The translations under genes and the position numbers were made by a program. This document shows, piece by piece, positions 48,851-62,659 of a DNA stretch of 64,000 nt (its first letter is position 1; each line of letters opens with the position of its first letter). The notes beneath the pieces are model-generated. The model had not been told where the DNA came from, did not search any database, and worked only from the letters and a program-made list of their open reading frames with translations. The stretch spans positions 41,976,001-42,040,000 of the forward strand of contig NC_087437.1 of assembly GCF_036321535.1 (NCBI RefSeq). The letters run 5' to 3'. This stretch comes from Camelus dromedarius. Its lineage: Eukaryota.

Positions 48851-49025
48851 GCAGAGTTGGCAAACTTTTTCCGTAAAGGACAAGATAGTAAATATTTTGC
48901 TTTATGGACATATGGTCTCTGATGCATATTTTTCTTTATTTCTTTTGCAACCTTTAAAAATGTGAAAACCATTTTTTAGCTCCTAGGCTCTACAGAAAGA
49001 ACCAGGCCATGGGCTGACAGTAGTT
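48851..49025. mobile_element. MER58-type hAT-Charlie MITE
   Basis: cagagttggcaaactttttccgtaaaggacaagatagtaaatattt...atatggtctctg...tttaaaaatgtgaaaaccatt. Confidence 0.85.
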
Positions 49026-51409
49026 TTCCTAAATGTGTTCTCTCAGGAATAGGTTCTCTGGGTTCTGAGACTGACCCTTCATTTCTGACGTTTATAGAGG
49101 TGATACTGGGGGGGCGGGAAGATAACAAATGAATATTGAGTCATGAGAATATGTGAGCGTTAGAAGCCGTGGACAGTGTAATATTCTGGAGGACACTGCA
49201 CCCTCTGCCCCCAGCCTTTCCTGGTGACATTTTTATGTCATGCTCATTTTTATTTGATTTCATATTTATACTAAACAAAATGGCAGAATTCTGTATACCA
49301 GGTATGTAGGAACAACTCGTGCAGCAAGTTCATGCCCAAAGTGGGGAGGGAGCAAGATAGGCCATGAATATGTCTTCTGTCTTTGTGTTTTTTATTTTTA
49401 TTCATGATACAGAGGATTCGGTGAAAGTTTGGATAGAACCAGACATCCTAACCAGTTTTGCTGCTTTTCAAAACTGACAATTTTAAAGCTGCGTGTTATT
49501 TTGAAACCTTATGGGGAGGCCTTTCATGTTCTCATATGCTCCACAGGAGGTTTGCTATTTGATTTGCTCTGTCTTTTCTCTGACTTCCTTTGAAAGGTTG
49601 TACTTGGTCTTCTTCCAGATTGCAATGCTAATAACACCTGTGGTCCCAGAAGCACCTTAAGGGGAGACAGCCCTTTAGGTTCATCATACACTGTGTACCT
49701 TTTCTGCTGCTGTTCTTGCTGATTGGTATAAAGCCATTCTGCCACTCCTTGTCTGTTATTATAAATGGAAATTGGTTTTTTTCCCATTACTTTTTTCCCC
49801 CAGACTTTTACAAATGATTTTGGGGCCCGAATGCAATTGTAAGTAGACAGACATAGCTTCTAGGAAAGCTGTTGGGACCCACTGAATTGTGACTGTTGAA
49901 CAAAGGTATTTTGTTTAGAAGACTTGTCCCAAAGTGGTGTTGGACTCTGAAAGAAGGGCCGCCAGCGTCTGGTTCTTTCTGCTGTGAACTAATAGGGAAG
50001 CTGATGTTTGCTGAGTGGATGGCTGTGCTCACTGTCCAAACAGATCTCTGTTTGCCAACTGTGAACATATTGCTGCCTCTGTGAGGCACTCCATCATGCC
50101 TTGAATGGATCCTCTTGTGTTCAGAATTTTCTGACTCAAAGAGAGGGAGAGAGAAATATTTCTTTCAGACTTCAGCATTCACTGTAGGATCCATAGTCTC
50201 ATCAGACCTTTAGAAACCAAGCATGTACCGGAGATACTTCTTAAGGAGAATGAGAAACGGAGTAGAGAAAAAAGGAAGAAAGTAAAAGACAGCCCCATTG
50301 AAATGCCTTTATTCTGGCCACTTGTGGCCAAGTTTTTATAAATAAACCAGGCTGCCTTGGTAAATAGAAAGAGTTGTGAGAATATTCCTGATTTCCCCTG
50401 AGCAAAATAAAACTTTCAGCACTGAGTTTCCAACTCATGGCTCATTTCTGTTCACTTTTACATGCATGCACCTCCCAAAGCATATAATGCATTCATAATA
50501 TGTTACTAAGTGGGTAATAGAGTTTTATTCCACCTGAAGAATTCCTTAAGAAAAGGTTAATTTATATACAGGAGTTTACTTACTTAATAAACTCTCTTAA
50601 TTTTGGAGTTCCAAAATTCTTCTATGAAGTAAAACAGAATTTTCGTTGCTGTCAGTTTAGCCACTTTATTTGAGTCATTTTCTGTACTGAAGTCTACATT
50701 TCAGCAAGCTCTAGTATCTACTTCTTGGCAAGATCTTGCTGCATGAATTGAGGACACAGCTCATAAGACAAGGTTAGGCATTCCTTGCAGCCACCTGTTT
50801 GTCTATATTTTAAGGTTTAGAAACCTTGAATGAGCCGTGGTAGGAGAGAACCAACAAGATTGGCTGGCAGTGCAACTAAATGAGTAACAGCACACACAGG
50901 AAACATCCATTGGCCTTAGTTATTCATCAAGTGCTGGTTAAACACTGGGCCAGCTTTGCTTGGTATCGTGGGGGAACTGAAGAAGGTTTCTTGTAGCTGA
51001 TGGGAAGGATGATGCTTTTATGAATGGAAAAGTAGATTCCCACGCAGCAATAAATCTGTGTTGCTTTCCTCAGTCAATGAGAAACCAGTATTGATTTGCC
51101 TACTTGGAATAAATGATTTTTTGGCTTACCCTGGTAAAACACTTAGAACCAGAGTCATCACCCATCCCAAGCTGTAGTATTTAACCGCTTTGATTGTCTG
51201 AGTAAGCACGAATCATTTTTCTTGCCTTAAGGTTGGTGTTCATCATTTTTGTTGTCTGGGTATTTCTATTTGTGACTTCCTGTACTCAGAAAAATCTGGG
51301 TTGTTACCCTTACTTGGTTAAAACTGGAGTATAACCAGGTATAACCAGAATAATACGTTGGGAGTGGAGAGGAAATGGCAGCTGTGGCTGTGGTTTCAAT
51401 AGTAGTGAT

Positions 51410-51640
51410 CTCAGCTAACCTATCTGGGGAGCTAAGCACATGCCAGTAGACTTCACGTCTGCTGACTCTCTTCTTCCTCAGACGATCTTGTGAGGTTGGT
51501 ACTATTCCTTTCTTTGTTTTATAGATTAGGAAACCGGGCGTAGAGAGAGGGTTAGTAATATGCCTAGGATCACATAGCTAGTAACTGGTGGAGCTTGGAG
51601 TTGAATCTCGGTGAGTATGGCCCAGTGTCTATGCCACAGC
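51410..51640 (-). mobile_element. MIR
   Basis: cttgtgaggttggtactatt...ttttatagattaggaaacc...agagagggttagtaatatgcctaggatcacatagctagtaactggtggagc. Confidence 0.88.
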
Positions 51641-54600
51641 CACTTCTCTGTGGTTGACCAGGAAATAAATCTGCATTCTCCTTACAGAGTTTTCTATTTC
51701 TTTTCTTTATTTCTTGCAGTGTGTTTTGGAGAAGTGTTTAAAGTTACTCAAAATCCAAATACTAGGAAGCTGAGATCACTTCAGAAAAATACTGTGTTCT
51801 ATCGGTAAAGGAATTTGACCTTCTCCTATATCTGTTTTTATCACAGAGAAGAGTTCCATGTTTAATTTGTTCTTTGGTAGTTGTTATTGTAAATTGATTG
51901 AATTATCCTATGGCTTAATAGGTATGTGGGTAATAAATATTGTTCAGCCCTTAATTGGCATTTTGATTTTAAATTGAAGCTAATGAGTCATTATGAGGTA
52001 TCCCAGTGTAAAAATCAGGGTATTTATGTGTACTTGTATGCTGTATATGAAAAATGAAAAGTAGATCTATAAATTATTCGACCATAGGTTTCTTCATGAT
52101 GTGATGAGGGAAAGAGAAAGGGAGGTAAGGCTTGGGATGCAGTGTTTTCAGGCTAAGTTTTACTGCCGTAAGGTAACATGACTGTCGGCAGCATAGTTCA
52201 TTTTTCTCTAGGGATCGTAGGGCTGATTGAAACTGGCCAGTTTAAGATGACTTTTTTAGGAGTTACATTTATTGCAGCTCCTTAATGCTGTGTTTAGTAG
52301 TTACTGGTCATCTGAAATGGAGCACTGAGTGAAGAGGCAGTCATGCAGCTCCCACATAGGAGTCAGAATTGTGCATGAAAAACGTAAGGCAGGTTTTGTT
52401 ATTTATTTATAGGAGGCTAGCAAAAATAGTTTGTTTAGAAGTATATTCTAGACCAAAAAAAAAAAAAAAAGAAAATTATATTCTAGAGACTACATCCTAG
52501 AAAATCAGGTTTTTTTTTTTTTTAAAAAAGCAGATAATACTAGATTGTGATGTGTAATTTATAAACACTGTAGCTGAAATAATGTTTTTGCAAATGTGTT
52601 GAGCACATGAAACCTATCCAGAAGTTTTAGAAGTAAGTTTGCCCTAAAGTGAAATTGTGTTCGTTTCCCTTCTTTTGAGAGAGAAATTATGACAGAAAAG
52701 AGCAGCTCAGCTATCTGCCCCTCCTGCTTGCTTACAGGACTCTCTGCTTGGGACTTCACTGCCTTTGTTAGTTTTGTTTATTTCACGTCTTGGATCTGTT
52801 TGGCCTGTTTAGACCCTGTTTTTGAGGGGCTCACAAGCTGCCCCACTAAAGGGCCCATTAGAGGAGTGGTGACTTCACATCCAGAGCGTCCCCAGCTTTC
52901 TGAAGGACACCTACGATCACCACCTTAATGTCCTCACAGCTGCCAGCCTGTAGTTGTCAGCAGTCTTTTCTGCTTGGTTTAGGATTAGTCTGTAAATTGT
53001 GGCTAAGATGTTAATTTGTGTGAAAACCTGGAGAAACTGAAAAACTTGGTGTTACTTCTGCCTGATAGCCACTTACAAATAAAAGTAGAAATAACTTATA
53101 AATTATTTTAGCACTTGCTTCTGAATCATTAAGAGTAAATCATTAAGAAACAATGAATATCAGATAAATAATAGAATTTACAGGGGGATATAAGTGACCA
53201 AAGCACCCTGTGGATCAAATTTGGCCATTTTTTGCTTTTGTGTACATATGCTTCAGATTATGTTTCTGTTTGAAAAGTTTTGATAGGGCTAGACTCTGCC
53301 AGATGTATTGAATCATTTTGTGAATAATGAATTCAGTAAAATTAGGACATTAAAAGATAACTAAATAAAACATTAACAATAACAGTGATTCTTTTTCTAG
53401 AGTCTTTAGAGAGATTTTGTTTTTTTTTAATCTTCCTAGTAAATCTCATCCTGTAAAGCCCAGGTTAGGACCTCACATTGGCTCTTAAAATCTGAACTTT
53501 CATTTCTTCTGTTCCTTTGGCTGACATTAATGAGAATATTGTGATATGATCACCTGGGAGCAAGAAAAACAGAGGGAGTGATGAAGCACAAATTAAAGGA
53601 ATTTGGCATTTCTCCCAACTGCTGGAGAACAATAGTAATTAGAACTTTAATTACTATGCTGTCATAGATTAGGTTGACATACTGTCCAGTGTCAAAAGTG
53701 GCTTTTGCAGAACATGAATGATAATTATGTTTTTATTTTAAGACCCTCCCCATATAGCCTTCTTCCAGAGGTGAGGGGGTTTTAGGGAAGCAGATAAGAA
53801 GCAAATGAAGAAGATAGAATATAATTTTTTTAAAGCAGAAAGTATTAATTGTTTATTGGTTATTCCATTATAAGAATTAATGAGACTAAGGGGAATGTAG
53901 ATCTCTTTAAAATGTGGGATAAAGCAGAATTTTTCATTCCACTGAGAATGAGTTTTAGAAAATGTATGTATTTGTAAGGCATGGCATTTTAATGCAAATC
54001 AGATGTATTGCTGAGTCCCTGGGATGACCTAACTTTCCTAGCACTGTTTACACTCCGTCTGTCTAGAGATATCAAACTTTTTTTAAAGTAAACTTTTTTT
54101 TTTTTTTTTTTTTTTTACTTTGCTAAACAATTTGCCCTAAGAGTTCTGAGCCAATATGAGGAAGCTAAACTCATGGCTGATCTCAGAAATTATCGTCAGT
54201 TTTAGATTTAATGTGTAATGAGACTGCCAGTCTCTTCAAGGGGACAGTGATCTGTTGTGTTTTTTTTTGGTAAATGTTGGATATTTACATAACTAAATAT
54301 TGATTTATATTTAACTTAATTGAAGTAAAGCAAATGTGTTAGTTACAGAAATACTGAGTCCAATCGAAGTACAGCAGATCTGGATTTGAAGTTAAAGGAG
54401 AAAGGAGGGACGGAGGGTGTATTTATTTCAGTGAGCTACACTGTGGTTATATCTTGGAAGTTTTGTACAGGAAATGAATTTTGGAAGTTTCTGGGACATT
54501 ATACTTAAAGCTGGATCTTATGATAGATCCAAATCGGAGAATTAATGGGGATTTTGTGATTGTGTCCATAAAGCTTGTAGACATCCACTGGGCCGTTGGA

Positions 54601-54658
54601 CAGGTCTACAGGTTGGCGTTAAGAACTTTCTGATTTCTTTTAGTTACTTCTCAGACTA

Positions 54659-54840
54659 TACTGTGTTTCATGAATTTTAAAAAGCTCATGTCCACTCCCA
54701 TTTTAACATCTTTTAAATTGGCATGCATCTTACAATTGATTGAATGTCAATTGAATACAATGAGGAAAGATTTTGTTCTTTTTTAGTAACTTATAAAATT
54801 ATGTTGTATCTTATTGATGGTATCTTAGACTTAGAAATAT
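54659..54840. mobile_element. MER104-like TcMar-Tc2 MITE
   Basis: tactgtgtttcatgaattttaa...cattttaacatcttttaaattggcatgcatcttacaattgat...gatggtatcttagacttagaaata. Confidence 0.7.
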
Positions 54841-56289
54841 AATATTTATAAAAATATGCCCCTGTTCTGCACATAAAAAGATGCATCATTATTTTTCTTC
54901 TTACTCTGTTGGGCTGCAGTCGGGATTTTAGACTTTGGACCACTGATAAACATAGATGAATTTAGATTTAATTTTTCGTATGGGTAATCCCTCTGGGAAC
55001 CTCATTAGTTGAGAGTTCTGTAAATTACTGTAAGCTCAGAGCAATATGATTATATTGCTAATAGTCCTCATGAAAAACCTGCAGAGTGGGGTAAAATGAA
55101 GAAGCAAGTTCTTGAAAAAGGAAAATTGTTTATTTTAATGATATATCAAATAGAATCAAGCATCTCTGAGAAAACCTTTCTAGAATATTTCACAAATTAT
55201 ATTGGCACTTTCAAAAAAAAAATCATGAAATTTAGCTAAGCTGGAAGGTAGTTACAAACCTTGCTAGTTTATAAGCTGTTATTTGCATTCTTTTTCTTGG
55301 AGAGGGGAGCTGGGTAGGGAATAGTGGAATAAAGCCCATCAAAGTTATTGATGTGTTTCAGCAAAACAAATCAGTGAAATGAATTGTTTTGGGGTTTAAG
55401 AGAACCTAAGTATTAATTTTTCATGAGATTCTGCATTTTTGTAGTACGCTTTAAAAAACTTTGTAGCCACATGCAAAAAAATGAAGAGATTTGCTTATGA
55501 ATACCCAAATGGGTGTAAATGTTGAGAAAAATAAGCAAACTAAGGTTTTAGGGAAGAAAACATTCTTTTTCCTGGCTCAAGTGAGAGGAATGTCAGCTGG
55601 GAAGTTACTTGCTTTTTCAGATGTGTTACCCATATGTAGAATTATTGTCATTGTTTTTATACACATTCTTAGAGAGTTGAAATTTTGCCACTGACACATT
55701 TGCAAAAGTTGAGATTGAAAACGAGAGCATATCTTGATTAAATCAGACTTGTCATTTAATGCCTGACTGTTCTGTTACAAAAACCTTTGGGTTATTGTTG
55801 CAGGTAAGACTAGTTCGTATGAAGTGAACTCTATGTTACGATTTCATATGACAGTACACTCACATATACAGGAAAATAGAACTATAATATCTAAATGATC
55901 TCATGTAATATAACATAAAACTTATATCATATAAATGTGAAGCTATAAATATTTAAATAGTGACTGTAGTGCTCATTCTAAAACCAGTGATCTTAATAAC
56001 CTAGTGCAATTCAGAATGAAAAAACAGTGAAATCATGATCTCCCTCAGGTTTGAACTTGGCAGGACCCTGTTGTTCAGGCTCTGCCTAACTCCTACAGTG
56101 GGGTGATTTCGCAGCTACAAAGGTCCGTGGGTCACCGGAGACATGGAACATCCTTGTTGCTCAGCTGGTCATGGTGTGGAGAGAGACTGGTGGTCTTATT
56201 TCTGCCTGAACTTGATTGTGAGTAGTCCAGGCAATGATGATTCTCCACACCTTGTGCTTACAGAGTGATGGAGTGTAATGTTTTTAGAA

Positions 56290-56682
56290 CCTAAGTTTGA
56301 AAAGAGCCATAGACAAGGTAGATGGTTAGAGTGACCATTGGGGATGCACTCAGAAGCCACATCACAGAAGGAGAGGGTTAAGAAATCCCAAGTGGTTTGT
56401 CTGTAGGAGGCCTGATGAGGTTAATTCTCCAAGTATCTGAAGGATTGTTTTATATGGGTTTGAGATATTGAGGTTACATTTAGTATATATGGCTTTTTAA
56501 AAGGGAAAAACCAATATCAATTAAGATTCCTAAAAAATGGAATTTGTGGCATTTTGAGAATTATTTGAAATATTCTGGCCACTTGCTAGAGATTTTGATC
56601 AGCTGTCTAAGCCTTAGGTGGGGAATTGGACTGAATGACCTTTAAGATGCTTCCCACCCCTAAGGAAGTTCTGATTCTGTGG
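56290..56682 (+). mobile_element. L3/CR1 LINE 3' fragment
   Basis: CR1-like terminus ggaattggactgaatgacctttaagatgcttccca...ttctgattctgtg, preceded by degenerate ORF2-end-like motifs (ggttaagaaa; caagtatctgaaggattgt). Confidence 0.6.
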
Positions 56683-57242
56683 TTTTGGCTATCAACTAAA
56701 AATAGTGATAAGATTTGATCAGGTGTTCTACCTGTTTACCTATTTTTAGGTGTGTAGAGTTTCATATTAAAATATCACTGATGAGCAGTTATCATGTGGA
56801 TAAATGCTTAACTGCTTCTTAATAGAATGCTTATTCTGTATCACATAAAATTCTGTGATCGTTTTGTTGTTGCTATGGAAGTATAATTGTTACTTTATTA
56901 TGACTCAAGCTGGAGGACTATTTTTAGCCAAATTATAGTCATTTTTGTTAGTTGATACATACCTAATTAAATACCCATTATTAATTGAATAAGGTTTATG
57001 AAATTTGACTCTTTTCCCTCTTCACTTCTAAACGTTGTGCTGAGATTAAGACTCAACTAATTTAGCTTAAAGTAGGTAAAAATGAGATGTACTTCAAGGA
57101 TCTTGAACATGCTTATATTTTCTCCCTTTCATTTATTGTGTTCTTTCTAGGTCATCATTCCTCTGACTGGTCCCATAGAACATCTAAATCAAAATCAGTG
57201 GGGTGTGTGGTTGAGGGGTGAGGAAGGGAGATTTGGTCAGTC

Positions 57243-57245
<3 letters not shown>

Positions 57246-57274
<29 letters not shown>
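57246..57274 (+). repeat. Poly(A)29 tract
   Basis: Direct read. Confidence 0.95.
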
Positions 57275-57275
<1 letters not shown>

Positions 57276-60200
57276 CAGAGTCTGGAAATCTACATTTTCA
57301 AAAGGCCTCAGAGGTTCTAAAGTAACTTACCTTTGAGACTTATAGACTGGAAGGATTTTAGGGATTGACAACTAACAATCTAGAATCTACAAGCATAGAC
57401 CTAAATGACACCAATGCCATATCATGTCCTGCTCTAGCAGGAAGCACGGAACTAATCAGTTTCCTTTTATTTTTGTTGCATTTGAGGCAGTTAACATGCA
57501 TGGTTCAAGGCCCTGCAGGTTGGACTCCATATCTCCACTGAGCTCCAGTTGGTTTTGATGGAGTGGGTTGAAGAAAAGAGTTTTTAACAATACCATTTGA
57601 AAGCTGAAATGGACCAATGGCCAAGCTCCAGATTCCTGTGATGCCTTTTTTGAATTGCTATTTTGAATGTCATGCATGTGCTCTCATCACAGACCTTTTA
57701 ATGCAGCATTACATTGAATTGAAAAACAATTCAGTAGAGATCAATTAAGACTATATTTTCTGGGCATGGTTTTTCTGCCTGGTTTGAAGTTTTCCTCTAA
57801 TCTATCAGGTTATTTCTTTCTCCTGTTTTTTTTGTTACTTTATTTTTCTTTTTCCTTTTTCCATATTAGTTCCTCCTCTCTTTTCAAAGAGAAGGTCAAC
57901 TTTCTACCCCAAACCCTTCTTTCTCCTTATTATCGATTCTTCACTTTGTCCTATCAACATATTGCCTAACAGACTTGACCTCTTATCTGTGACCAGGAAA
58001 CTTTTAATCAAATATTTTGACATTGTTTTTACTCTTCTAAAAGTGAAGATGATCTCTTGATGAGCGTGTGTGTGTCTTGTTGGGTAGACCTCAGGACATA
58101 TGCACATGGGGATTATTTCATGGGTGATATCAGGAGGAAGAGAAGTCACAAAACACAATGGTTTCTCAAAGGTAATGATGAGCTAAGGAGATGAAAAAGA
58201 CAGAAATTCACATCTTCTGATGCTCACAGTTTAACCTGAGTGTGTATCTGAGCGTGTGTATAATCTGGAACATTTTGCCTCGAAGGGATTTATCAGTTGC
58301 TCGTGTTTGTATGTTGTATATATCTCCTGTGGTTATGTTGTTACTTAACTATTGGTAGTACTGAATGTGAAATTGCTGGGGGTTTTTGGTTTTTGCTGAA
58401 CATGTTGATAATTTTGCATTTTTCCCTTCTTACTTGTCCTAATATGGTCTAGTGTTTGCCATACCTGATTAGCTGATAATTGTCTGGATGAGGTAAATTT
58501 AAAATTTACCATTCTTTTGAAAAGCTTGATTGTTTTCTTTCTTTCTTTTTTTTTTTTTAACTCAGGAAAAACAGCAGTTAATCAGCTAGGAGATCTTTCT
58601 AGTAATTTATTTCCCAAGCTTAGACCCTCCATTTTCATTTGTCCAAGGCCCCTTTTGTAGTTGGAGGGTTGATATCTGAAAGTGAAATTGTAGCCTGCTT
58701 AGTAAAATTGTTTCTGTGGAGCCAGGGTGCCAGGACTAGAAGACACCTATGCCATAAAGCAGTCTGCTGCCCCTCAAACAGTAACCATGTCAGCTCTCTT
58801 TTATATGGAGAAGATAACCGGCCAGGGTTACCTAAACTTCCTGCTCTTACTTGGAGGTGTTTACTGACCACCTTTGATCAGGCTTCAAGGGGGAGAGTCT
58901 AACCTATTTGTGGTTGTTGTTTACTGTCAGTCTCAGCCTGCCCTTTGCTTTTTGCATACAAACAAAACAGTAAAAGTGGCAAGCTGTATACACATTGCTG
59001 GTCTGTAGGATCTCTCGTTTATTTTCTTGGCCTCCTCTGCGTGGTTTAGGTAAGGCAGGGACTAGAACTATAAATTGAGCTAGTCATCTCAAAGCCAGTT
59101 ATTAGGTCCCAGCCACTGGATAATTAAGAGAATTTTTATTAGCAATCAAATCACTTTTGTAAAATTAAGTTAATTTCAGAAGATTGCTGGTCTTGAGAGA
59201 CAGTTCCAGTTGAGAGACAGCTTCTAACCTGACTTGTGTGATTCTGAGTGAATAGCTCATAGATTGGAGAACAAATTGGCATCAGGTAGGTAAACTGTGA
59301 CTTGTGTTCTTGGAACATTTGGCTTACTTGTCCCGTCCATTTCCACAGTAACTGTTGGCTCTCTTTAAGCAGTTCTGTTCCACTGATCCCAGATATTTCT
59401 CTCTTGCCTTTGCATTTTTGAGGTGCATGGATTAAAAGAACTAGGATAGTAAACTATGTTGGGATGTTGTCAATAAAATGCCTTTAGAATGTTGTCAAAG
59501 GTTTTCCGTTACGGCAAACACTCTGGGGTGGGGGCAGAAGAGGCAGCCTTGAGGGCAACTAAAAGGGATCCTCTGTGCTTTGCTTTGTAGACCTCATCAG
59601 AGCAATGGATAATTGAACTCCCTCAGTATATTGCGTAAGGAAATGTTGGTAGAGCTATACATTATTATTATTTGTAATTCAGCTTTCAGATGGGTGGTGT
59701 TTTTAATGTTCTTTCATTTGTAACAGGTGAATAATGCAAAACAGATCTTGGGAGGAATGTAATCACATACTGTTGGGTTAATAATTTCAGTACTATTTTC
59801 AAACTTGCCCCTCTAGAGGGTGACCTTGGAAATGCAGAGCGGAGCACAAATAAAACAGGAAGTGCACATTTGCCCCTGAGTTCTTCACAGAGTTGTTAGG
59901 AAAATATCCATTCGCTGTCCTATCTTTTGCTTGCTGTTCTGTCCTTCCCGGGAGAAGCAGGCTTTGTGGCCAGCCAAATGGGGTGGGAGCTGGGGTCTGG
60001 GAAGGAAGAGTGGACAAGGTTTTATTTATCCTTGTTCCCTTTCATAGCCCTTTCTGAGAGCAGAGAAAGCTGGTGAGAGGATGAAGGCGACCCCTTTAAA
60101 ATACTCAGGGCCACAGTGAGTAAGTTCTGCCCCATTCCTGCTGGCACGTTGCTTAGTTGCTGTTTCTGCCATTTCCTTTTAATGAATAATGCTCTCCGAT

Positions 60201-61194
60201 TTTTTTTCTGTACAAAATTAATAGACTTATTTCTTAAAAACATCAGTTTCTGTTTTAGGACATTTAAAATGAAGTTCAAGATACTCTGCTCTGATAAATT
60301 TTTACCCTCAGCAAGACTACCTGGAGGGTTCCACTGAAATTGTGCTCACCTATTCGGACTCAGGTTTTTGGGTAGCTTCCTTCTGCATTTGTAATTAACC
60401 GGAATACCAGTAGGTGGGTGAAATGGGCTCATTACCCTGTGTGAGGAAGTGTGAGGGGCTCTCTCAATGGGCATGGAGAAAACACGCAGAACCAAGGAAA
60501 GGCTTGCTTTAACGGCCTTTGAAGTGCATGCCCTTTCTGATGCCTTTATTTTAATTTTGCTGCTGCTATTCGCAGAGACTTTGTAGAGTATCAGAAGCCT
60601 TTTCTCAGTATTACTGGGTTTTATTTATGTCATTCCTCAGAGTTTGGGAGTGTATAAGGTCTGGTTTAAGTAGAAATACATAATCTATGGATTATTTGCC
60701 ATTAAAACTTGACATTAAAACTAAAAACAAAAGACAGACTGAATCTTAGTGTTCATTTAGAGAAGTCTACCTGACAGGGTGATAGTGAATGTTTTTCCTT
60801 TGTGGCCTGGGTAAGTTACATTCCAAATTTGGATAGGGTGATAATGTTTAATGTGAGGAGTAGGGCCCTGGGACCTTGGGAGATCCGGCTTCAGCATCAG
60901 GCTGGATGTATGAACTCACTGTTTTGTGTTTTATTTTTTCCCCAAAGATGAACTTTTTGAACTATTTTTCATAGGCCTTCTACTTAATTCTTTAATCATT
61001 TCTATTGCTAGGCTAGACTTTTACCAAATGCTCATACTGCTTGAGATGTCTGGGCTAGATGCCTGACTCCGTACCGAGATACAATGTGTGTATCACAGAA
61101 ACCTCAGGCCAAAAGCAGGATGCAAAGCTGGGTTGTCCCCCTCCCCCGCACTTCTGTGCACCTGTGCATTACTCATTCTGCATGCCATTCTCTC

Positions 61195-61305
61195 CATAAT
61201 TAAGAACAGAAATGCTTGTTCTCTTCAGTGTCATTGTGTCCTTGGCATCCTGCACAGGGCCTGGCAACTAGATTGAGTTCAGCAAAGGTTTGTAGAACTG
61301 AACAA
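61195..61305 (+). mobile_element. L2 3' end
   Basis: tcattgtgtccttggcatcctgcacagggcctggca...ttcagcaaaggtttgtagaactgaa. Confidence 0.65.
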
Positions 61306-62659
61306 AGCAACAACCAGGAGTTGTAAAATCAGCAGTTGAAGGCTGTATTGCCGGCCTCTCTCATAACACCTAATATCTTTGATAGTCTTAGAGCTTGTAT
61401 TTCTGTAGCCTTGAATTTAAATCAAGTTCTTTTAAAAGCTATGTTAGCCATCATGCCTGTTGTGAGTGGATTCACCAGCTTCCTTTACCGTTCGTTGCCA
61501 GTTACTGGGAGTTTTAAATACGTTCCTTCTACCCACCCCATGGATAATTTTTATTGTCCAGAGCTCTTGGCCTCTAATAAAACAGTTACTGCTTATTCAT
61601 GTAGTAGTTTGTTAGTAATGTATCTGTTATAAAATATTCTGTGTGGCTTTTGATCCCTTAACAGCATCTTGTACAGTAAGTGTTAATTGAATTAGATGCA
61701 GTAAAATATTAACTAATAAGGAAAGCACTCTATAATCACTCAGTAAATATGTAGATTTATTAACACTTAAGCCTTAAAACAGCTTGATAAAGTAGATTGG
61801 GTAGATACTTAAGTTTTATTGAAATTAAGGAAAATTGGAATTCATGAAGTTTAGTCTTATTTGAGACCTGTCTCTCTGCACCTGATGCCCTTATAACAGC
61901 TAAGTAGCAAAACAAGTTCAAAGAGGAATATTTGGAAAGAAAAGACTTGTATTTCACATTGACAAAACAGGTTTAACTAATGTAGCACCTTCTTGTGTTT
62001 TGAAGTGGCTAAGTGATAGGATCGTGGTGACCCATTATTTATGGGTTCTGTCAGCAGCTCAGTTTTGGTCCTTGGTGCTGGTTTACTTCAGGAAGACTTC
62101 AGCAGGAATATTTCAGTCATTGGGCAATTTGTTGTTATGGTCAGCTTGCTGCTTTTAAGGACAATAGCTGAGCCAGACTAGGAAATAGCCAGTGTCAGAG
62201 AGAGAGAGAGTGTTGACTTTCAGAAAACAAGGGCTGGGCCTTTGATTTAGTTGTTTCAGACACTTACAAAGTTAGGCACACCCAATTTTCCAGGGTTTCC
62301 TAGAAATTAGGGGAAGATAACAGGTAGTTTTAGGACAGGTAGAGGGCTAGGATTAGGGATGGGAAAGTACACACCTGTGGGAAAACAGTCTTCCGTTTTT
62401 CTTACTTGTTCCTTGCTTTTAAATAATCATAATTCATACATCTTAAATGTTTTACATTTTTAAAATATTATTTTTGAAGATACAAATAGAAACGCATTTT
62501 TAGAGGAAAAAATGTGAAGAACAGAATAACTAACTTGCTCATTTGAGAAACCATCTAACTCTTCATTCCTCTCTGTGGTAAATGGTTACTTTCTATTAAT
62601 CTCTTTGCTCATATAGTATTTTCCTTCATGGCACAATGTTAAAGTTGCTTTTAAAACAA

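Noticed and set aside
59808..59825. CTCF-like CCCTCTAGAGGG palindrome
   Set aside because: Several mismatches at informative CTCF positions; a 12-bp palindrome is expected by chance in 64 kb
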